From an uncultured Chloroflexia bacterium (GTDB lineage Bacteria > Chloroflexota > Dehalococcoidia > DSTF01 > JALHUB01), in the NCBI GenBank assembly GCA_963703345.1, contig OY969814.1, positions 1,824,001-1,888,000 on the forward strand: a DNA stretch of 64,000 nt, written 5' to 3'. This document shows, one piece after another, positions 29,503 to 39,335 of this stretch. The number at the start of each line of letters is the position of its first letter. Positions within the stretch are counted from its first letter, which is position 1. The notes beneath the pieces are model-generated. The model saw nothing but the letters and a program-made list of their open reading frames with translations. It was not told where the DNA came from and made no database searches. Made by a program: the position numbers and the translations under genes.

Positions 29503-31041
29503 CTAGGAACAATTGTCGCCGGCGGCGCCGAACAGCTCCTCTCTGAGCGCCTTCTTCTGCACCTTGCCCGTCAGCGTCTTGGGCAGGTCGTGGCGGAAGA
29601 CGACCTCTTGCGGCAGCTTGTAGTCGGCGAGGCGCTCGCGACAATAGGCGATGATATCGTCCGCGCTCAGCGTCGCGCCGGGCCAGGGCACGACGACGGC
29701 GACGACGCGTTCGCCCCAGACGTCGTCGCTGCGGCCGAGCACGGTTGCTTCGGCGACCATGGGGTGGGTGAACAGCACCTCCTCGATCTCGCGCGGATAG
29801 ATGTTCTCGCCGCCGCGGATGATCATGTCCTTCTTGCGGTCGACGATGAAGAAGTAGCCGTCTTCGTCCTGGTAGCCCATATCGCCCGTGCGCAACCAGC
29901 CGTCGACGATGGTCTGGGCGGTCGCCTCGGGGTTGTTGTAGTAGCCCTGCATGACGTTGGGGCCTTTGATGACGATTTCCCCGCATTCGCCGCTGGGCAA
30001 CTCCTTCATGTCTTCGTCGACGATCTTCATAGCCTGACCGCGGACCGGCATGCCGATAGAGCCGGCCTTGCGGATGCCCCAGAAGGGGTTAAGCGCCGAG
30101 ACGCAGGTGCCTTCGGTCAGGCCGTAGCCTTCCAGGATGCGCAAACCAAACGTCTCCTCGAAACGCTGCATGATCTCCAGCGGCAGCGGCGCAGCGCCGG
30201 AGATAACGAACTCCACGCTGCTCACGTCCAGCCCTTCCTTGATCGGCGCGCTGAGGAGGATGGCCAGCATTGTCGGCACGGCGCTGAACGTCTGCGGCTT
30301 GTAGCGGTCGACGGTCTCCCAGAAGTCGCTGGGGCTGAACCGCTCCCACATCGCGACGGCGCCGCCGGTGAGGAACTGCGTGAGGCTGGTAATCTGGGCG
30401 TTGGCGTGGAAGAGCGGCAGGATGAGGCCGAGGCAGCCTTCCTGGGGCGAGACGGGAATGAGCTCGGCGGAGGCCATGATATCCCAGACGCAGTTCCAGT
30501 GCGAGATCATGGCGCCCTTCGGCTTGCCTGTCGTGCCCGAGGTGTAGACGATGGCCGCCAGATCGCTTCCGGCTATCTCCACGGGCGCAAGCTCGGCCGG
30601 CTGGGCGAGCAGATTGCTATACGCCGATGCCCCTTCCGTCGCGCCCTCCAGGCACACGACGTGACGGAGCGCCGGGCAGGAGCCGCGAACGGCGTTCACG
30701 GTCGCCATCAGCGCCTCGCTGGTGACGAGAGCGACAGCGCCGGAGTCGCTGAGGACGTGGCGCACTTCGTCGCCCTTGAAGAGAGCGTTGATAGGCCCGA
30801 AGACCGCGCCCAACTTGAGGATGCCGAACCAGACGTAAAAATAATCGGGGCAGTTCGGCAGGTAGACTGATACGACGTCCCCTTTCTGCACGCCCAGCGC
30901 CTTGAGGCCGTTCGCGACCTGGTTGACGCGTTCGTCTAGCTGTCGGTAGGTGATCCGTTCATCGCGCCAGTAGATGCACGTCTCGTCCGCCAGATCCTCG
31001 CGGTACAATTCGACTAGCTCGCGCAGGTTGTTTGGGACCAT
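29503..31041 (-). CDS. Long-chain fatty acid--CoA ligase
   Basis: YTSGTTGKPKG, EGYGLTE, RTGD, DRKKDMIIRGGENIYPREIE. Confidence 0.95.
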   Translation of the reverse strand: MVPNNLRELVELYREDLADETCIYWRDERITYRQLDERVNQVANGLKALGVQKGDVVSVYLPNCPDYFYVWFGILKLGAVFGPINALFKGDEVRHVLSDSGAVALVTSEALMATVNAVRGSCPALRHVVCLEGATEGASAYSNLLAQPAELAPVEIAGSDLAAIVYTSGTTGKPKGAMISHWNCVWDIMASAELIPVSPQEGCLGLILPLFHANAQITSLTQFLTGGAVAMWERFSPSDFWETVDRYKPQTFSAVPTMLAILLSAPIKEGLDVSSVEFVISGAAPLPLEIMQRFEETFGLRILEGYGLTEGTCVSALNPFWGIRKAGSIGMPVRGQAMKIVDEDMKELPSGECGEIVIKGPNVMQGYYNNPEATAQTIVDGWLRTGDMGYQDEDGYFFIVDRKKDMIIRGGENIYPREIEEVLFTHPMVAEATVLGRSDDVWGERVVAVVVPWPGATLSADDIIAYCRERLADYKLPQEVVFRHDLPKTLTGKVQKKALREELFGAAGDNCS

Positions 31042-31260
31042 CGTCTGCCTCCCGTTGGGTCACCGTGAGCAGAGTTTACTCCGACAAAAGCGCGTCGTCC
31101 ACGGCGAGCCGTCCGAAGGCACGCGCGGGCCGGGGGTTTCTTTTCGCCTCCCGGCGTAATATCGTATTCCTAAGGGTTCTCCCGACCGCGACTAGGGATT
31201 CTCCTGAGTGCGATCTGCGGGAAAGCGCCGATATTATAGATGCGGCAAGAAAACAACGAT

Positions 31261-31893
31261 ATGCTCACCGACATAAGACGTCGCTTAGGTGCGCCAGCGG
31301 AAGAAGGCGCAACACAGGGAGCACGGATGCTCCTGCTGCGTCAACTCGGTCTCCTTCTTGCGGCGACTTCCTGGCCGACCCGCGGCTTCGCCGCTCTGGC
31401 CGTCGGGCTTGTCATCGGCGCGGCATTCCGCTTCCACAACGCCGGCGACGTCGCCCTGGTGGCCGTCTACATAATCGTGCTCGTCATCTGCACGGCAACC
31501 GACATTGCCTGGTACCGCGTCCCCAACGTCGTCACCTACCCGGCGATCGTTCTGGGCCTGCTGGCCGGCTCGTTCATGCCCGGCGGCAGCCCGCGGGCGA
31601 CGCTGGAGGGGGCCGCCACGGCGGGCGGCTTTATGCTCATCGCACTGATAATATCGCGCGGCGCGATGGGTCTCGGCGATGTGAAGCTGGCGCTCTTCTC
31701 CGGCATCGCGGTCGGCTGGCCGCTCGTGGGCAACGTGTTGATGTTGATGGCTCTGACCGGAGGCGCCGCGGCCGTCATTCTCCTGGTCACGCGAGTCAAG
31801 GGCCGGAGGGACCCCATACCGTATGCGCCCTTCATCTCCGCGGCGACGATAGCCGTGATCTTCTGGCAAGGAACGTCGTTCGCGCGATTCTAA
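31261..31893 (+). CDS. Prepilin peptidase, A24 family
   Basis: TD...RVPN, MGLGDVKL, IPYAPFI; TM-rich; alternative start at 31240. Confidence 0.88.
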   Translation: MLTDIRRRLGAPAEEGATQGARMLLLRQLGLLLAATSWPTRGFAALAVGLVIGAAFRFHNAGDVALVAVYIIVLVICTATDIAWYRVPNVVTYPAIVLGLLAGSFMPGGSPRATLEGAATAGGFMLIALIISRGAMGLGDVKLALFSGIAVGWPLVGNVLMLMALTGGAAAVILLVTRVKGRRDPIPYAPFISAATIAVIFWQGTSFARF

Positions 31894-31985
31894 GCGCGAT
31901 TGACATAGCTGGCGGCGGGAATCGAAAGGAGCGTGATGTCTCGCAGGGAAGCGAGGCATCCGGATGCAAGCCGGTTCGCCGTCGG

Positions 31986-32014
31986 TTGTGATCGCTCAGT
32001 CGGTGTGGTACACT
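31986..32014 (+). promoter_or_regulatory. Putative extended -10 sigma70 promoter for the GT4 gene
   Basis: TTGTGA-17 nt-TACACT, with TG upstream of the -10. Confidence 0.4.
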
Positions 32015-32147
32015 GCAAGAGGAACCACATTAGACAAGCTTCATACACACTACAGGCCGGAACTCCCGGATACCTCAACAACTTTCGCGAGGCAGTTGGC
32101 CGCGGCACGCGCGGCCGGGCATCGCATATTAGCAGGGAGGCTTCGCC

Positions 32148-33266
32148 ATGAGGATCCTTCAACTCGCACCACTCTGGGAAACCGTGCCACCGCCGGCCTA
32201 CGGGGGCACGGAGGCAGTAGTCAGCGTACTGTGCGAAGAGCTGGTCAGACGCGGCCACGACGTGAGTCTCTGGGCGTCCGGCGACTCGCGCACCAGCGCC
32301 GAGCTCTATTCGATCTATCATCGCAGTCTGCGCACGGCGTCGGACATCGCTGATCCGGCTTCTTACGCGCTGATGCATGCGGCCCTCTCGCTGAAGGACG
32401 CCGGCTCCTACGACATCATCCACAACCACATCGGCGAGACTGTCATGGCAATGGCGCACCTGGTCGATACCCCGATGCTGACCACCATGCACTGCCTCAT
32501 TACGCCGGACACAAAGTTCATCTGGGACCACTACGACGGCTGGTACAACACGATCAGCCATTCCGAGAAGCTGACGATGCCGCCGGTGGCGAACAACAGA
32601 TACGCTGGCGTCGTCCACAACGGAATCGAGGTGGAGACCTTCCCCTATAGCGAGAAGAAGGACGATTATCTCCTCTTCCTCAGCCGCGTTTCAACCGATA
32701 AGGCTCCCCACCTGGCTGTCGAGGTGGCGAGGCGACTGGGCATGCGGCTTATCATCGCCGGGAAGGTCGATCCGAACGAACACGATCAGGCCTACTTCAA
32801 CGATGTGCTAAAGCCTCTCGTGGACGGAAAGCAGATCCAGTTCGTCGGCGAAGCGGACGGACGGATGAAGAGGGAGCTTTACGAGAAGGCTTATTGCCTG
32901 GTCCTTCCTCTTCGCTGGGAGGAGCCGTTCGGGCTGGTGATGGCGGAGGCGATGGCCTGCGGCACGCCCGTCATCGCTTTCCAGCGCGGCGCCGCCGCCG
33001 AAATCATCGTCGAGGGCGAGACCGGCTACCTGGTGGACGACGTGGACGAGATGGTGGAGGCGGTGCGCAAAGTCGACCGCATCGACCCGAGGCGCTGCCG
33101 GCGTCACGTCGAAGCGAACTTCAGCCCGTCGCACATGGCCGAGGGCTATCTGCGGGTGTATCAGCAGATCATCCGGCAGGCTGCGGCGAGGCCGGCGCTG
33201 GCGGCCGTTGGCGTGTCGTCGTCGTCGCTGCCGTTGCAGGTCGAGGACGAGACGGCGGTAGCCTAG
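32148..33266 (+). CDS. GT4 glycosyltransferase
   Basis: VPPPAYGGTE, WEEPFGLVMAEAMACGTPV. Confidence 0.95.
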   Translation: MRILQLAPLWETVPPPAYGGTEAVVSVLCEELVRRGHDVSLWASGDSRTSAELYSIYHRSLRTASDIADPASYALMHAALSLKDAGSYDIIHNHIGETVMAMAHLVDTPMLTTMHCLITPDTKFIWDHYDGWYNTISHSEKLTMPPVANNRYAGVVHNGIEVETFPYSEKKDDYLLFLSRVSTDKAPHLAVEVARRLGMRLIIAGKVDPNEHDQAYFNDVLKPLVDGKQIQFVGEADGRMKRELYEKAYCLVLPLRWEEPFGLVMAEAMACGTPVIAFQRGAAAEIIVEGETGYLVDDVDEMVEAVRKVDRIDPRRCRRHVEANFSPSHMAEGYLRVYQQIIRQAAARPALAAVGVSSSSLPLQVEDETAVA

Positions 33267-33368
33267 GACGGCTAAGGGTTCTCACTGGCTCGAGGCGTTT
33301 GGCCGCGCTAGAATGAATGTGCCTGCCTGCCGATAGGCACGGCGGGAATTGCCAGCGAGGCCGTCCAC

Positions 33369-34205
33369 TTGCCGATAGAAGTCAAGCTCCTCGACCACAG
33401 CCACGACCCGATTCGCTCGCTGTACGTCGCCTATCGCACGGCGTATTCGTCGCTGAAGCCGGCCGAGATCGACGCGCGCATCGAGTCGGAGCGGATAACG
33501 CGGCCGCAGATGCTGGAGTTCGTCGAAAAGCGGCTGGAGACGGGACACTCGTCGCCGCTGGAGCAGGTGTGGTTCGAGTTCGCGCTCTCCGGCGTGACGC
33601 GCGCCTTCAGCCATCAGTTCGTGCGGCATCGCATCGGCATCAGCTTCGAGCAGCAGAGCCAACGTTATGTCGCCTTCAAGGAGGGCGAGTTCCCCTTCAC
33701 GCTGCCGGAGTCGGTGCGAAACGCGGGCCTGGCCGAGAAGATGGAGGACGCGTTCGCCGGCCTGGGACGGCTCTACCAGGAGATGCTCGACGCGGGCGTG
33801 CCGGCGGAGGACGCGCGCTTCCTCATCCCGAACGCGGCCCAGACGAACTTCAAGATTACCGTCAACTTCCAATCGCTGCTGCACATCTGCGACCTGCGAC
33901 TCTGCACGCGGGCGCAGTGGGAGTTTCGCAAGGTGGCGTCGCTGATGCGGGCGGAGGTGAAGCGCGTGGCGCCGGAGCTGGCGCGCTACCTCCAGCCGAA
34001 GTGCGGCGAACGGCGGACGGGCTATTGCGACGAGACGTACGAGGACTGGCAGAAATGCCCGGTTGGTCGCAAGCGGCCCCACAAGCGCGATCTGTTCGCG
34101 CTGTACGACTCCTATCGCAAGGGCGAGCTGGCACCGCTGGGCGACGACGAGTTTCGCGTCATCGAGGGCGAGGCGCCCGTCAGCGAGCGCGGCGAAAGCT
34201 ACTGA
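33369..34205 (+). CDS. thyX: FAD-dependent thymidylate synthase
   Basis: GHSSPLE, RHRIGISFEQQSQRY, EDARF, RAQWE. Confidence 0.95.
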   Translation: MPIEVKLLDHSHDPIRSLYVAYRTAYSSLKPAEIDARIESERITRPQMLEFVEKRLETGHSSPLEQVWFEFALSGVTRAFSHQFVRHRIGISFEQQSQRYVAFKEGEFPFTLPESVRNAGLAEKMEDAFAGLGRLYQEMLDAGVPAEDARFLIPNAAQTNFKITVNFQSLLHICDLRLCTRAQWEFRKVASLMRAEVKRVAPELARYLQPKCGERRTGYCDETYEDWQKCPVGRKRPHKRDLFALYDSYRKGELAPLGDDEFRVIEGEAPVSERGESY

Positions 34206-34207
34206 GG

Positions 34208-34237
34208 TTGACAGGTTCGCGGCCGGAACGGTAGACT
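34208..34237 (+). promoter_or_regulatory. Sigma70 promoter of rplU-rpmA-rpmE
   Basis: TTGACA-18 nt-TAGACT. Confidence 0.7.
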
Positions 34238-34268
34238 AGATTGGTTCTGCGCTTGAGGAGGCACCCCC

Positions 34269-34655
34269 ATTTACGCGATTGTCCGTAGCGGCGGCAAGCA
34301 ATATCGAGTCGAAGTCGGCAGCAAGATCGACGTCGAGAAGCTGCGGGCGGCCGAAGGCGATACGGTGGAGCTGCCGGACGTCCTCATGCTGGCCGACAGC
34401 GGCCAGGTGACGGCGGGCAACCCGCTCGTCGCCGGCGCGAAAGTCATAGCTCAAGTCGCCGAGCAGGGTCGCGGCCCGAAAAAGGTCGTCTTCAAGTACA
34501 AGTCGAAGGTGCGCTTCCGGAAGCGGACGGGGCACCGTCAGCCTTTCACGCGGCTGGCGATCGAGCAGATCGTGGCCCCGGGCACAGAGGCCACGGCGCC
34601 GAAGCGGGCACGCCGGACGCGCGCGAAGAAGCAAGAAGGGGAGAGCGAGGGCTAG
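34269..34655 (+). CDS. rplU: 50S ribosomal protein L21, apparent ATT start
   Basis: GAGGAGG RBS, then ATT TAC GCG ATT GTC CGT AGC GGC GGC AAG CAA TAT = (M)YAIVRSGGKQYRV; GHRQ motif. Confidence 0.93.
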   Translation: MYAIVRSGGKQYRVEVGSKIDVEKLRAAEGDTVELPDVLMLADSGQVTAGNPLVAGAKVIAQVAEQGRGPKKVVFKYKSKVRFRKRTGHRQPFTRLAIEQIVAPGTEATAPKRARRTRAKKQEGESEG

Positions 34656-34673
34656 GCCCCTCGTCGAAACGCG

Positions 34674-34943
34674 ATGGCGCACAAGAAAGGCATGGGCAGC
34701 TCCCGCAACAACCGCGACAGCGGCGGTCAGCGCCTCGGCGTCAAGCGCTACGACGGCCAGTTGGTGCTGCCCGGCACGATCATCCTGCGACAGCGGGGCA
34801 CGCGCTTCCATCCGGGGGAGAACGTCGGGCTGGGACGCGACTACACAATCTACTCCCTTATTCGAGGAAAGGTTAAGTTCCAGCCGTACGCGAAGGGCCG
34901 GCGCAAGCAGGTGAGCGTGTACGGCGGCGAAGAGCAAAAATGA
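34674..34943 (+). CDS. rpmA: 50S ribosomal protein L27
   Basis: [26 protein letters not shown]. Confidence 0.97.
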   Translation: MAHKKGMGSSRNNRDSGGQRLGVKRYDGQLVLPGTIILRQRGTRFHPGENVGLGRDYTIYSLIRGKVKFQPYAKGRRKQVSVYGGEEQK

Positions 34944-35140
34944 AAAAAGGTATTCATCCAGACTACGTCGAGGCGACGGTCCACTGCGCCTGCGGCAACG
35001 AGTTCACAACCCGCTCGACGAAGAAGGAGCTGCGCGTCGAGGTGTGCAGCCGCTGTCATCCCTTCTTCACGGGTGAGCAGCGAATAGTCGACACGGCGGG
35101 CCGTGTGGAGCGCTTCAAGAGGCGCTACGGCCTCAAGTAG
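34940..35140 (+). CDS. rpmE: 50S ribosomal protein L31 (Zn-binding form)
   Basis: [27 protein letters not shown]. Confidence 0.97.
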   Translation: MKKGIHPDYVEATVHCACGNEFTTRSTKKELRVEVCSRCHPFFTGEQRIVDTAGRVERFKRRYGLK

Positions 35141-35161
35141 AGTCGAAGCGGACGGAGAGCA

Positions 35162-35192
35162 GGGGCGCGGAGTCAATCCCGCCCCTTCTTGT
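35162..35192 (+). terminator. Putative terminator after rpmE
   Basis: GGGGCG...CGCCCC followed by TTCTTGTT. Confidence 0.5.
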
Positions 35193-35193
35193 T

Positions 35194-36141
35194 ATGAGCG
35201 ATAGGAACGGCCAGGACGCGGCGGAGCCCGGCGACAGGGCTATCACGCACTACGGCGGCCAGGCGGTCATCGAGGGCGTCATGATGCGCGGCGCCCGCGG
35301 CATGGCGATAGCGGTGCGACAGCCCGACGGCGGCATTCGCGTCAAGTCGGAGTCGCTGGGCGGCGTCTACGTGGGCCCCCTGCGGCGCATCCCCATCCTG
35401 CGCGGCGTCATCGTCCTCTGGGAGACGCTGGCGCTGGGCATGCGGGCCCTCGTCTTCTCGTCGGAGGTGGCGGCGGGAATCGCCCCCGAAGACGAAGAGG
35501 AGCCGGGCTCAGGCTTCATCTGGCTCGTGGTCGGCGTGACGCTGGCGTTGGCGGCGGCGATCTTCTTCGTCGCGCCGTTGCTGCTTACCGGCTGGCTGAG
35601 CTCGCGCTTCAACGGCAGCCTCGTCGTGCTCGCGGAGGGCGTCGTGCGGCTGGGGATGCTCCTCGGCTACATCTGGGGCATCGGCTTCGTGCCAGACATC
35701 CGTCGCGTCTTCGCCTATCACGGCGCGGAGCACCGGACGATCAACGCCTGGGAGGCCGGCGCGCCGCTGGAGGTGGCGTCGGTGCGACGCTTCAGCAACG
35801 AGCACGCCCGCTGCGGGACGGCGTTCCTGCTGACGGTGGCGGTCGTGTCGCTGGTGGTGTTCGTGGCGCTGGGCACGCCGAGCTGGTGGTGGCGAATCGC
35901 CTCGCGCGTGCTGCTGATACCGGTCATCGCGGCCGTCAGCTACGAGATCATCCGGCTGAGCGCGGCTCTGCGGCGATTCCGAATCGTGCGCTGGCTGTCG
36001 CGTCCGAGCCTGGCGCTGCAGGCGCTGACAACGCGCGATCCGGACGACAGCCAGATCGAGGTGGCGATTCGGGCGCTGCAGGAGGTGCTGGCGTTGGACG
36101 CTTCCTCGTCCGCTCCTTTGACCGAAGAAGGCGTCTCTTAG
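35194..36141 (+). CDS. DUF1385 family membrane protein
   Basis: GGQAVIEGVMMRG, YHGAEH, RCGT.F, LTTR.PDD.Q.EVA; typical rpmE neighbour. Confidence 0.92.
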   Translation: MSDRNGQDAAEPGDRAITHYGGQAVIEGVMMRGARGMAIAVRQPDGGIRVKSESLGGVYVGPLRRIPILRGVIVLWETLALGMRALVFSSEVAAGIAPEDEEEPGSGFIWLVVGVTLALAAAIFFVAPLLLTGWLSSRFNGSLVVLAEGVVRLGMLLGYIWGIGFVPDIRRVFAYHGAEHRTINAWEAGAPLEVASVRRFSNEHARCGTAFLLTVAVVSLVVFVALGTPSWWWRIASRVLLIPVIAAVSYEIIRLSAALRRFRIVRWLSRPSLALQALTTRDPDDSQIEVAIRALQEVLALDASSSAPLTEEGVS

Positions 36142-36185
36142 AGGAAAGGAACGTTCCGCGGCGACTGTAGGAGCAGAGCTCTCCC

Positions 36186-36521
36186 TTACAGCGTCTGGTC
36201 CTCCATCAGACGGCCGTCGAACTCACGGTGGAAGCAGGTGCGCTCGCCGGTATGACAGGCCGGCCCGAGTGGCTGGGCACGGATCAGCAGCGTATCGTCG
36301 TCGCAGTCGATCATGATGCGCCGGACGTTCAGGAAGTTGCCGGAAGTGGCGCCCTTGTGCCAGAGCTCCTGGCGGCTGCGACTGTAGAACCAGACCTGGC
36401 GCGACTCCAGCGTCCGCTCCAGCGCCTCTTTGTTCATGTAGGCAAGCACCAGCACCTCGTCCGTGTCGTCGTCCTGGACGATGACCGGAACGAGCCCCTG
36501 GCCTTTGTCGAAATCGACCAT
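36186..36521 (-). CDS. hisI: Phosphoribosyl-AMP cyclohydrolase
   Basis: [30 protein letters not shown]. Confidence 0.95.
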   Translation of the reverse strand: MVDFDKGQGLVPVIVQDDDTDEVLVLAYMNKEALERTLESRQVWFYSRSRQELWHKGATSGNFLNVRRIMIDCDDDTLLIRAQPLGPACHTGERTCFHREFDGRLMEDQTL

Positions 36522-36561
36522 GGAAGCCTCCTAGCCTCTGTCCGCCATATCGAAGGGTCTT

Positions 36562-37320
<759 letters not shown>

Positions 37321-37347
37321 TGTGACCTCCTCAGAGATGCCATTGTA

Positions 37348-37839
37348 TCAGCTTGCGCGGGTGTTGAGCACCGGCGAAAGGAGCGCCGTGGCGAAGTGCT
37401 CCATCTCCAGTCTCTCGCCGTCGGAGTCGACCTCCAGGAAGCGGACGCTGCACCTCTCCGTTATGTAGAGACTGACGGCGGGCTCGCCCTCCAACCGTTT
37501 CAGTCGGGCGAGCTTGCGCCGGAAGATGTTCGCCTTGCCGTTGCCGCGGCGGTGGTCGACGAGGAGGCGTCGCCGCAGGTTGCGCGACTGGCCGACGTAG
37601 TAGGGCCGCTCGGAGCCGTCGTAGATTATGTAGATTCCAGGCCTTGGAGGGATGTCAGCGTCGGCGAAGGAGAGGGACGCCGAGCGCAACATATGACGAA
37701 GCGAAGCCATGAAGGCCATGACCCTCGCTTCCAGGGCAGCTTCGACTTCACGCACGGTTCGTTCCGCGATCCGAGTTGGCGCGGGACCGCCAGCAAGCCG
37801 AGAACGACCGCAGAAGGGACCAAACGTGGCCGGAGTCAT
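37348..37839 (-). CDS. Small GIY-YIG nuclease family protein
   Basis: PGIYII, YYVGQS.NLRRRL..H, LEME; true start may be downstream (e.g. GTG 37755). Confidence 0.8.
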   Translation of the reverse strand: MTPATFGPFCGRSRLAGGPAPTRIAERTVREVEAALEARVMAFMASLRHMLRSASLSFADADIPPRPGIYIIYDGSERPYYVGQSRNLRRRLLVDHRRGNGKANIFRRKLARLKRLEGEPAVSLYITERCSVRFLEVDSDGERLEMEHFATALLSPVLNTRAS

Positions 37840-37978
37840 CGCGAGGGGTGGGCGGAGCGCCCTGACGAGTTTCCGGCGCTAGGGTCCCATTGTCACATCT
37901 CCCGGCGGTTTTCGGCTCGACCGCGAATAGAACCTACAGGGACGTTCCACGCGTTCGTGAAAGGTCCCTCAGGAGTGG

Positions 37979-38007
37979 ATGATAATGCAGCGAGGGCCGG
38001 GTTGCAA
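37979..38007 (-). promoter_or_regulatory. Internal promoter upstream of GIY-YIG-hisF-hisI
   Basis: Minus strand TTGCAA-17 nt-TATCAT. Confidence 0.5.
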
Positions 38008-38029
38008 TCCGATCCGATTCGAAGCGGGC

Positions 38030-38749
38030 TTATGATTTGGCGACAGCAGCGATAGCGTCCGGAAGGGAGAGTGCGCCGTCGTACAGGGCGCGGCCGAGGA
38101 TGGCACCTTCGACACCCGTGCGCACAAGTCGCCGCAGGTGGGCGAGCGAGGCGATTCCGCCCGACGCTATGATCTTCGCTGGGACGGACTGGACGGCTCG
38201 CGCAGTAGCGGCGACGTTGGGGCCGCGAAGCGTCCCATCGCGGGAGATATCGGTGTAGACGAATCGGCGGACGCCCATCGCGGCCAGACGCCGCATAAGC
38301 TCCTCCGCCTTCTCGCCGCTCTGCTCCCGCCAGCCGTGCAGGGCAACCCGGCCGCCACGAGCATCCACGCCGACGACGACGGCCTCGCCGAAGCGGCCCA
38401 GCGCGCCTGCCAGCATCGCCGGCGCTTCGACGGCAACGCTGCCGAGGATGACGCGCTGCAGCCCGGCCTCCAGATAGCGGGCCATCGTATTCGTGTTGCG
38501 TATGCCGCCGCCGACCTGACAGGGCACGGCGACGGCACGGGCAATTGCGATGACGACGCCGTGGTTGACCGGCCGCCCTTCGCGGGCGCCGTCGAGGTCG
38601 ACGAGGTGAAGACGCGGCGCGCCCTCCGCCTGCCAGCGCCTCGCCATGGCGACGGGGTCGTCGGAGAAGACAGTCTCGCGCGCGTAGTCGCCCTGATAGA
38701 GGCGGACGCAGCGGCCATCGCGGATGTCGATTGCCGGGATTAGTTCCGT
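38030..38749 (-). CDS. hisA: ProFAR isomerase, apparent ACG start
   Basis: (T/M)ELIPAIDIRDGRCVRLYQGDY, LHLVDLDGA, QVGGGIR, TDISRDGTL.GPN; in-frame TGA a few codons upstream of the ACG. Confidence 0.92.
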   Translation of the reverse strand, partial: TELIPAIDIRDGRCVRLYQGDYARETVFSDDPVAMARRWQAEGAPRLHLVDLDGAREGRPVNHGVVIAIARAVAVPCQVGGGIRNTNTMARYLEAGLQRVILGSVAVEAPAMLAGALGRFGEAVVVGVDARGGRVALHGWREQSGEKAEELMRRLAAMGVRRFVYTDISRDGTLRGPNVAATARAVQSVPAKIIASGGIASLAHLRRLVRTGVEGAILGRALYDGALSLPDAIAAVAKS

Positions 38750-38756
38750 CGGAGCC

Positions 38757-39335
38757 TCATTCCTTCACGCGTTTCGTGATATCTTCCCTGGCTACGAAAC
38801 CGAAGTTATGGGAGTCCGTCGCGCCGCAGCGGTTATCGCCCAGGATAAAATAGTTGTCATCGGGGATGCGTGTAGGCCCATAAGCGTAGTTAGCCGGATT
38901 CGCCACGTATGGTTCTTCGACGACCTCTCCGTCAATGTACACTGGACCATTGCGTACCTCGACGGTCTCCCCCGGCAGCCCGATTATACGACCGACATAC
39001 TCGTGTCCAGAGTCTCCCGGCGGATGGTAAAGGACGATGTCTTGACGCTGGGGTCCGGCATCCCCAAAACCCGAAACATGAATGGTTTGACCATCAGCGA
39101 TCGTAGGTTCCATTCCTGTTCCGTGTAGTTTGCGCTCTTGCGCCTTCTCATGGCGAACGTACATGCTGACGGCCGAGAAGATAACGAGGACGACTACGGA
39201 CGCAACCGTGTGCCATCGAATGCGACGGCTTCTTCTTCGCGGGGGCTGCCCTGACGGGTCCATAGGATCGGCTTCATAGGGCGATTGAGGCAGAGGGTGG
39301 CTTCCGTAGGGATCCTGCATCTGCGCCTCAGACAC
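38757..39335 (-). CDS. Signal peptidase I-like (S26) protein, catalytic residues apparently altered
   Basis: One TM; GTGMEPTI (for GxSMxPT), YVGRIIGLPGE (for KR..GLPG), GDNR..ATDS. Confidence 0.8.
   Translation of the reverse strand: MSEAQMQDPYGSHPLPQSPYEADPMDPSGQPPRRRSRRIRWHTVASVVVLVIFSAVSMYVRHEKAQERKLHGTGMEPTIADGQTIHVSGFGDAGPQRQDIVLYHPPGDSGHEYVGRIIGLPGETVEVRNGPVYIDGEVVEEPYVANPANYAYGPTRIPDDNYFILGDNRCGATDSHNFGFVAREDITKRVKE

Noticed and set aside
31933-32151. 72-aa ORF with an AAGGAG RBS
   Set aside because: No recognisable protein features, and it overlaps the likely GT4 promoter; unsupported.
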